A stretch of DNA of 64,000 nt from an uncultured Gammaproteobacteria bacterium. GTDB taxonomy: Bacteria > Patescibacteriota > Microgenomatia > Levybacterales > JACOYD01. Below the pieces are notes generated by a model that saw only the letters and a program-made list of their open reading frames with translations, was not told where the DNA came from and ran no database searches. Below, one piece after another: positions 57,421-64,000 of this stretch; position 1 is the stretch's first letter, and the number at the start of each line of letters is the position of its first letter. The translations under genes were made by a program, and so were the position numbers. The DNA lies in contig CAYUJR010000002.1 in NCBI GenBank assembly GCA_964445095.1, positions 5,176-69,175 of the forward strand, given 5' to 3'.

Positions 57421-57455
57421 TTATCTTTCACCCCCTTTTCCGTTATCAATCCTTA

Positions 57456-58034
57456 TTACGGATAAACGACTCTAGTTTCTCGAATTTTTCCAGTTTGACC
57501 ATCAATAACAACAACGTCAACCGGACCGGTCAGTCCACCACCGTCCCGACCATTTTTATTCGCGGGATCTCTTAGAGAACTAACCCTTTCATCTATAAGT
57601 TCTTGTAACTGGTTTCCATCTAACCGCGTACTGCCATTTGGTTTCGGAGTAACTCCTACCCAATTATATTTTGCTCTTACAACTGGATTAACCTCTGCTC
57701 CTCCATTTGATAAACCAACAGGACCTTCGGCCAATATTAGACTAGCGCGATCCTGACTAGCCCCTTTCCCTACGAACTCTACTCCACGACCGGCAGAGTC
57801 TGTAAAAGTAAAATCCCCAGTAGTAACAGCCACGACATTGCCATCAGCTGTGCTAAGTCCTAATGGTACCTTGTCACCGGGATTTCCTTCTGGAATACCT
57901 ACTGCAGAATAACCCCACTTAATCCACGAACCATCTGCCCGTGCTTCCCTTGACCCTAATCCGACAGCTGCTAATCCTGCGCCTGTTGCTATTGCTGCTC
58001 CTGCCTTTAACGCTTCACGTCTACTAAAACCCAT
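57456..58034 (-). CDS. Hypothetical exported protein with Tat-type signal
   Basis: FSRREALKAGAAIATGAGLAAVG leader. Same GGGGGTGAAAGAT RBS context as 56425-57420. Confidence 0.55.
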   Translation of the reverse strand: MGFSRREALKAGAAIATGAGLAAVGLGSREARADGSWIKWGYSAVGIPEGNPGDKVPLGLSTADGNVVAVTTGDFTFTDSAGRGVEFVGKGASQDRASLILAEGPVGLSNGGAEVNPVVRAKYNWVGVTPKPNGSTRLDGNQLQELIDERVSSLRDPANKNGRDGGGLTGPVDVVVIDGQTGKIRETRVVYP

Positions 58035-58049
58035 AATCTTTCACCCCCT

Positions 58050-58676
58050 TCATCTTTTCTTTACTCTTACTAAATAAACACCACTTGTCAAAGCGAGAAG
58101 AGAGAGAACGGTAAATAATATAGTATGTTCTGGGCCGGTGGGCGGAAGAACCGGAGCGCCTTTTTGGGGAAGAACTTTGCGCTCCAGACAAACTTGGGCG
58201 GTGTCGCGGTCTTTATCCTCGCCGCTTACCGCTTCTGCCACATTGACTACGCATACTACGCTTTTGTCTTTAGGAAATTTATCAGCTCCGGCCACTTTGA
58301 CTTTTATCTCCTGCTCTTTTTCTTCGCCCACTTTCAAGTCTTTAATTTGAAATTGGGGATTACCGTCAGTTTTTAAGAGGTCCGGCAGAATATCTAAAAC
58401 ATTGATGGCGTCAAAAGTGTTGTCTCCCACATTTTTAACTTTAATTTTAAAAGTAACTTGTTCGCCAGGGGAGAATTTGTGGTCGTTAAGACCCAGGTTA
58501 TCCACAAACTTTTTATTGCGGGGATCAAAAACTTCTTTATTAACCTGCAGTTTACCGGTTCTAATGCAAACTTCTTTTCCTCCATATTGAGTTTCGCAAC
58601 GAACAGCCGCCAGCGATGGTTTTACCAGAAAAAAACCCGCCAACATAATTATTAATAATATAGAAAAGGTCTTCAT
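58050..58676 (-). CDS. LPXTG-anchored cell-wall surface protein (sortase substrate)
   Basis: Sec signal peptide. C-terminal LPPTG, then a hydrophobic stretch and a KKR tail. Upstream promoter: TTGACA (plus-strand 58737-58742, reverse complement), 17 bp, then TATAAA (58714-58719). Confidence 0.8.
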   Translation of the reverse strand: MKTFSILLIIMLAGFFLVKPSLAAVRCETQYGGKEVCIRTGKLQVNKEVFDPRNKKFVDNLGLNDHKFSPGEQVTFKIKVKNVGDNTFDAINVLDILPDLLKTDGNPQFQIKDLKVGEEKEQEIKVKVAGADKFPKDKSVVCVVNVAEAVSGEDKDRDTAQVCLERKVLPQKGAPVLPPTGPEHTILFTVLSLLALTSGVYLVRVKKR

Positions 58677-58761
58677 AAAAACAAAAACCTACCATTTAGG
58701 CAGATTAAGAACTTTTATAGCAATAATTTATTAGTTTGTCAAGTAAGAGCTTTGTAAGAGT

Positions 58762-59557
58762 TTAGTCTGTCAATACGGGCTCCGCGACAATTATTAATCT
58801 CTTCCAAGTAGTGCCGGGCGGCCAGCAGGTTTGTAAAATCAGGCGCTGGCTGCCGTTACTGCTTTTTGTTAACCAAGAAGTGTCATTGGCTGCGGTAACA
58901 TGTTTTTGCGAAACTTTATATTTGTAGGCTTTGTTTAGAAAAAAAACATAAATTTCATCATTTGGCTCTAGCTCCCGTAGCAGATAAAAAATAGCATTAT
59001 ATTGGGAAACGTTCCAGGCCACATCGGTTGAATGAGCAAACAGATAAGTTGCGCCATCTATGCCGGGAAAGCGGGAGCCGGCCGCGTGAGCCACTCCTCT
59101 CATTAATGCCTCCTTCATGGCCTCCGGATTACTGGGGTCAACGTTAGAAATAACTGGGGCTCGAGCATTAATTTTAGGAATATACAAAGAAAAGTTAGTA
59201 TTTTGGATGTTAAATTGAGTAGCTAATTTTTGCGTTTCATAAAAATCTTGATTAATGGCCGCCTCATATTCATTTTGAGCTAGTAAAAAGGAGAAACCGC
59301 TAAAACTTTGTTGTTGGGGAGCGACCTTGGTTATTTGACCGCTTCTATAATTTAATTCGGCAGACACCACCGGCCAAAAAGTGATTAAAATTCCGGCCAG
59401 AGCCGCCACTATCAATCCATGGCCAAACAGCCGGACAATCCGCCAGGTCAGACGGCGGATAGTTTCCCTTTTCTCCTCAAAAATCACCCCGCTGGTTTTT
59501 AGCATAAAGGTAAATTCAATTATAGCACGTTGAAGCCACAATTGTTTAACTTGCATT
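58762..59557 (-). CDS. Sortase (C60 cysteine transpeptidase)
   Basis: N-terminal TM anchor, His in YLFAHST, catalytic LILQTC (TLxTC-type). Adjacent to the LPPTG protein gene. The ORF is open to 59823; start placed at ATG 59557. Confidence 0.6.
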
Positions 59558-59590
59558 TTACTTAAACCTATAGTATACTTATTTACAAAT

Positions 59591-61438
59591 ATGAATGAAC
59601 GTTCTACCGCAGTTGAGCAGTTTAGATTGTCAAGAAGAAGTCTTTTGGGTTTAGGAGCAGCGTCAGCATTAGGTGGGATAGCTGCTGGACCAATTACAAG
59701 AGTATTACAATACGGAGATAGTATTCGATTTATGTTGGATAGAAGGTCGTGGAACACAGAAGAAAATTCATACTTTCCGCCAGTTCCAGACAATATATTA
59801 TCTAGAGAAGCATCTGACCGCATTCTTGATGCATTAAATCTCGTAGCAGAAAATCAGTATTCTCATACAATTACACCAGAAGCATTTCAGGTAATTATTC
59901 AACGCCCCGCCAGAATTGCTAGTTTATACTTCCACCCTAACGAAAATAAAACCCTGCAAGAAACAGATAGGGATTTTGCTGATCATTGTGTACGATTTTT
60001 TACTGCTATGAAGAGCCAGGCTGATTTTATGGAAACGGATTTTATCGCCACCTTGCTAATGTACCAAGTTTCAGGTGACGCCAATTCAACCCAACGAGCA
60101 TTTAATAAAGATATCATGGAAGAACGAGTACGTGTTGCATTAAATATAGCAAGGAAGGAACTTGGACCTATCGCATCAGATGCGCTGATCAATATTTTGA
60201 GAGAAACAGAATTATTAGATTTTGCAGTACCATATTATGCAATGCCTCGGTTGGAGGGAGTTGTAACTATGGGCATTCATGATATAGAGACGGTTATAAC
60301 AGCACGTTCCCTAAGAGATTTTGAACAAACGTTGCCAGATAAATGGATACAAGTAGCTCATTATCTAAAAACTCGTGCTCCAAAATTTTTTTCACAATAT
60401 GGTAGTTACGCTGAAATGTATGACCAGTTTGAGGCAGAATCGGAACAGCTTAAACAAGACTTAATGAGCTTACCTCAATTTGGTGAATATCTTAGTAGAT
60501 TATATACACCTGAAGTTATGCGAAGAATTCTCACGACGGATGATCAGGTAGATGCCTATCAATTACAAAGAACCACACTTTTTTGGGCGAATGTTTCAGA
60601 GATTAATGTCAAGAATGGGTTTGCGATGCAAGCGCCTGGTAGAAAAAGAACTGAACAGCAAGCGCTTGAGCGCACCCTTCAACAATATGTGCAAGCAGGA
60701 TCACCAATCCCTTTTTTCTTAGACCAAATTTTAAACCCCAAAATACTACAAATGATTTCGGCCGATGCTAATCGTGGTAATACGACAGCCCAGGAGCTCC
60801 TTGCTAGGTGTAAAAAGTTTGAAGCTGATGGCGAGCGACTAATTGTTGCAGATCGAGCAATAATTGCGGCACTTGCCGAAGAACAGACTGAACAAGATAT
60901 GCAATTCCAACTTGTTACAGGGCAAGCATATGTACGGATGTTACTCCATGATGCATACACATTTACTCATAGAAAATCCCCTAAAGATGGGAAAATTAGG
61001 TATGATAATTCTGACGAGCTTGCTTATGATGCGTTTATGGCAAATGGGAACCGTGAAAATTCACCAACATATCAGCTTGCAGGAACGCGGCCTCTGCATC
61101 GTGCGACATTACCCTTTAGAACACCCGATATAGAATTTGATACAATGCAAGACTTTATTGAACAAGTTTATAGGCAGGTTGAAACGCTAGATCCACAAAT
61201 GGACTTTAAGAAATTTTCTAATTATTTATTTCTACTACTTATTGAGCGTTTTCTAGAACCATTTATAGGAATAAAAAATTACTATCCATCTATAGACCAG
61301 GAAAGCGCAAGAAGGGCATCAGTATTTCTTCATAAAGCAGAGGCATTCGGTGTAGATAGAAAAATAATCACGCCACCACATTGCAACTGGATGCGTGCTA
61401 TTGAAGCAACTACGGGGTACATTAACACTATGCAGTAA
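59591..61438 (+). CDS. Large hypothetical exported protein with Tat-type signal
   Basis: LSRRSLLGLGAASALGGIAAG leader. 615 aa. TATACT sits 11 nt before the ATG. Confidence 0.55.
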   Translation: MNERSTAVEQFRLSRRSLLGLGAASALGGIAAGPITRVLQYGDSIRFMLDRRSWNTEENSYFPPVPDNILSREASDRILDALNLVAENQYSHTITPEAFQVIIQRPARIASLYFHPNENKTLQETDRDFADHCVRFFTAMKSQADFMETDFIATLLMYQVSGDANSTQRAFNKDIMEERVRVALNIARKELGPIASDALINILRETELLDFAVPYYAMPRLEGVVTMGIHDIETVITARSLRDFEQTLPDKWIQVAHYLKTRAPKFFSQYGSYAEMYDQFEAESEQLKQDLMSLPQFGEYLSRLYTPEVMRRILTTDDQVDAYQLQRTTLFWANVSEINVKNGFAMQAPGRKRTEQQALERTLQQYVQAGSPIPFFLDQILNPKILQMISADANRGNTTAQELLARCKKFEADGERLIVADRAIIAALAEEQTEQDMQFQLVTGQAYVRMLLHDAYTFTHRKSPKDGKIRYDNSDELAYDAFMANGNRENSPTYQLAGTRPLHRATLPFRTPDIEFDTMQDFIEQVYRQVETLDPQMDFKKFSNYLFLLLIERFLEPFIGIKNYYPSIDQESARRASVFLHKAEAFGVDRKIITPPHCNWMRAIEATTGYINTMQ

Positions 61439-61489
61439 TACACAAAAATCACCCCACTGCCGGTTAACATAAAAACAGTGCTGATTATA

Positions 61490-62674
61490 CTATATTTTAA
61501 GGGGTAACTCCAGAATAAATGTAGAACCTTTCTGTAATTTGCTATAAATCTTAACTCTTCCCTTATGAGCTTTAATAATTTGAGAAGAAATATATAAACC
61601 TACCCCTAAACCGTTTGAGTGTTTGTTTGAATAATCAGTTCGTTTGAAAAGATCAAAAATAAGCTCTTGATCTTTTGGGGAAATTCCAATTCCCTGGTCT
61701 TTTATAGCAAGTCTGGCTATATTCTTATCATTTGATATTTGAATACTAATAGGTTTACCTTCTCCATATGCAATAGCATTTGATAAAAGATTAGTTATTG
61801 CTTGCTCGAGTCTTGCTTTATCAAATTTTCCCGAAACAGCAGAATTTGCTTCAAATTTTATTTTATATTTCTCCTTTTTTAAAATTTCCGAAAAATTTTC
61901 TAACACTTTTTTTGTAATCTGGACCAGATCAGTTTCTTCCGGTTTCAATTTCATCCTACCTGTTGTTATAAGGGAAATATCTAACAAATCATTAATCATT
62001 GCGGTTAGATTCTTTATCTGTTTTTCAGAAATTTTTATTACTTTCATAAGCTGGGGAACAGAAAAATTGGCAAAGGAAACATTTTGAATAGTATTCAACA
62101 AATTGTGTAGCTTAAGAAGCATTATAGTGAGAGGAGTTCTTAACTCATGAGACACAACAGAGAGAAACTCATCCCTTGCCTTAATTTCGCTTTGAGCTTT
62201 TGTATATGCGTCATGAAGTTGCACGAGTGAAAGTGCATAACTTTTTTCTTGCCTTTTTAGCCTGTTTATAATATTTGTTCGTCGAATACTATCTATAAGT
62301 AAACTCGCTACTACAGCACCGATGATAAAGAAGACAATTTCTAGAGATAAACCTATTCCAAATTTGAAAAAAGCCACCACAGAGATGATTATAGTTGCTA
62401 AAAGAGCAGGGCTTAAACCGCCAATACCGCCGCAAAGTAACACAAGAATAAGATAGAAAATAAAAATCGGCGTCTTATCGGGATAGAGTTTTACTAAAGG
62501 GGTTACAAAATAAGCAACCACGGAAACGGTAATAGAAAATCCGTATGTAATAAAAATATTTAACCATCTATGCGATATATACTTTTTTGAATACGTATAT
62601 AATTTTGTATATGATTTTTTTTGAGCATTTAGACTATTTTCCATATAGAAAAGCTTTCTAAAATATCTACCCAT
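61490..62674 (-). CDS. Sensor histidine kinase (DUF4118/KdpD-like membrane sensor + HisKA + HATPase_c)
   Basis: H-box VSHELRTPLT. N, G1 and G2 boxes (NAIAYG, KDQGIGI, GLGVGLYI). Four N-terminal TM helices. Confidence 0.85.
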   Translation of the reverse strand: MGRYFRKLFYMENSLNAQKKSYTKLYTYSKKYISHRWLNIFITYGFSITVSVVAYFVTPLVKLYPDKTPIFIFYLILVLLCGGIGGLSPALLATIIISVVAFFKFGIGLSLEIVFFIIGAVVASLLIDSIRRTNIINRLKRQEKSYALSLVQLHDAYTKAQSEIKARDEFLSVVSHELRTPLTIMLLKLHNLLNTIQNVSFANFSVPQLMKVIKISEKQIKNLTAMINDLLDISLITTGRMKLKPEETDLVQITKKVLENFSEILKKEKYKIKFEANSAVSGKFDKARLEQAITNLLSNAIAYGEGKPISIQISNDKNIARLAIKDQGIGISPKDQELIFDLFKRTDYSNKHSNGLGVGLYISSQIIKAHKGRVKIYSKLQKGSTFILELPLKI

Positions 62675-62746
62675 GGAATATACCAGCTTTTTTTATTTAA
62701 TTCAAGAAAATCTACTAGTTAGCTAATGTGGTATAATCCAGGTAAA

Positions 62747-63673
62747 ATGAAAAAAACAATCCTTATCGTAGAGGATGATGCGGATTTAAGGGTTTTTTTA
62801 CGTAAAATTCTAGCGGCAAATAACTTCAGAGTGTTAGAAGCTGCTGATGGAGCAGAAGCTTTAGAAAAAGTAGAAAACGAATTGCCTGAATTGGTAATAT
62901 TAGATTTTGGGTTACCCCTTGTCCCCGGAGAAACTGTTTGTGTCAAAATTAAAGAAAATCATCCTGAAATAATTGTAATTGCAGTTACTGAAAAAAAACT
63001 AAGCTCTGATGTCGTCCGTGGTTTACAAATTGGAGCAGATGATTATATCAGCAAGCCTTTTGTGGCCGAAGAATTGATTGCCAGAATTGATGCAAGACTA
63101 AAAAGCGTAAAAAGTGAGGACGCTCCTGTCAAAACAAAATCACAGGATCTAAAATCAAATGAACCTAGATTGGTATTTAGGGAAAGTGTTGTTTTAATTG
63201 CCATAAGACTTATTATGGTTGAACTGCTTTTTGGGCTGACAATAGTTTTATCAACCTCACTTTTTTCTTTCCTAGGAACTCTTTTACAAACATCTAATAC
63301 TTTTGCCTTGAATTCAATTATTCTAGTTACAATATTTATTTCTAATATAGTATTTGTGGTTTTTATTATACTGAAGTGGGGATCCGAATTTATTGAATTG
63401 ACTCAAGATAGCCTGATTAAACATAAGGGGATCCTTAACAAAACAGAAGAGAAATATGCCTGTAACTTTGTAGAAACAATTACCATTGAGCAATCTATGC
63501 TTGGAATTATGTTCAATTATGGAACAATAGAGTTATATGACCCGGCTCTAAAAGAGCGGATTTATCTTGTAAATATAGCGAGTCCAAAAAAATACAGAGA
63601 GATTATAGAAAAAAGAGTTTCCAAAGGTCGGGATCGGCCAATACCATTTGTTGCTCAGCAAGAGGGGGGATAA
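62747..63673 (+). CDS. Response-regulator receiver fused to a membrane-anchored bPH-like (YdbS/YdbT-type) domain; no DNA-binding output
   Basis: REC domain: ILIVEDD, phosphoacceptor D in LVILDF, and K in ISKPF. Then two TM helices and a roughly 100-aa domain with bPH_2-like features. Extended -10 TGgTATAAT at 62729-62737; ATG 62747 preferred over 62726. Confidence 0.7.
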   Translation: MKKTILIVEDDADLRVFLRKILAANNFRVLEAADGAEALEKVENELPELVILDFGLPLVPGETVCVKIKENHPEIIVIAVTEKKLSSDVVRGLQIGADDYISKPFVAEELIARIDARLKSVKSEDAPVKTKSQDLKSNEPRLVFRESVVLIAIRLIMVELLFGLTIVLSTSLFSFLGTLLQTSNTFALNSIILVTIFISNIVFVVFIILKWGSEFIELTQDSLIKHKGILNKTEEKYACNFVETITIEQSMLGIMFNYGTIELYDPALKERIYLVNIASPKKYREIIEKRVSKGRDRPIPFVAQQEGG

Positions 63674-64000
63674 TATGTTTGAAGTAAAAGAGGTTCAAGC
63701 AAAATCTATTCTGACAGAGACACATCTGAAAGACGCTGACTTTGACTATAGCGTCAATCCTTACATTGGTTGTCGTTTCGGCTGTATTTACTGCTATGCC
63801 AGTTTTATGGGAAGGTTTGTGGGAAAAAAAGTAAAGGATTGGGGAGAATATGTTTATGCCAAAGTCAACGCCCCAGAGTTACTCGAGAAGGAAATTAAGA
63901 AATTAAAGAACAAAGGTAAAGGTAAGACAATTTGGTTTAGTTCAGTCACCGATCCATATCAAGGACTAGAGATGAAATATCAATTAACCAGAAAATGCTT
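63674..64000 (+). CDS. Radical-SAM protein, SPL/DNA-photolyase-like family (3' truncated by window edge)
   Basis: CRFGCIYC is a CxxxCxxC cluster in the context typical of the spore-photoproduct-lyase family. The ORF runs off the window end. Confidence 0.7.

Noticed and set aside
58125-58655. Several + strand ORFs across the LPXTG protein gene
   Set aside because: Antisense to a gene with a clear signal peptide, LPPTG sorting signal and promoter.

Overview
This is a low-GC bacterial chromosomal window, almost fully coding. Short genes, GTG/TTG starts, 4-nt ATGA overlaps and several apparently leaderless starts point to a reduced monoderm (CPR/Patescibacteria-like) genome; that is inference only. 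No rRNA and no CRISPR array were found.

Gene content, in order:
- A very large division/cell-wall (dcw/mur) cluster: rsmH(partial)-ftsL-ftsI ... murE-murC-murB-murA-GlmU-like-HAD-glmS-hydrolase-murF-degT-femX ... mraY-murI-murD-ftsW-murG-ftsQ-like-ftsA-ftsZ.
- The conserved ftsI-murE junction is split by a ~5.9 kb accessory insertion (2648-8572). It carries an autoregulated lexA with a perfect palindromic operator, a type II R-M pair, a HEPN Abi-like gene, a duplicated-start mini-cassette, a trypco2-like small gene and two orphan ORFs. This is the best candidate for a novel LexA-gated defence operon.
- After ftsZ, an IS200/IS605-type Y1 (HUH) transposase gene sits between two identical 32-nt hairpin repeats, as in a RAYT/REPtron unit.
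- Then ileS, rodA, rplU, rpmA, parB, a lepB-dinB pair on the minus strand, and tRNA-Val(CAC).
- A wall-polysaccharide cluster: GT4, GT2, Wzx-like flippase, GT2, O-antigen-ligase-like protein.
- guaA and pyrG on the minus strand.
- A cell-surface island: six proteins with twin-arginine signal peptides, two GT-C-like membrane proteins, and a sortase with an LPPTG substrate.
- A divergent two-component pair whose response regulator carries a membrane bPH-like output instead of a DNA-binding domain.
- A partial SPL-type radical-SAM gene at the 3' edge.

The most unusual sequence-level pattern is a family of heptanucleotide tandem arrays, each exactly four 7-nt units. They sit in-frame as 30-nt (10-codon) inserts inside unrelated genes: murE, glmS, a GT2 gene, and three places in a 1010-aa membrane protein. 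Related triple-heptamer arrays lie directly against the ATG of murB, glmS and rpmA, where a Shine-Dalgarno would normally be.
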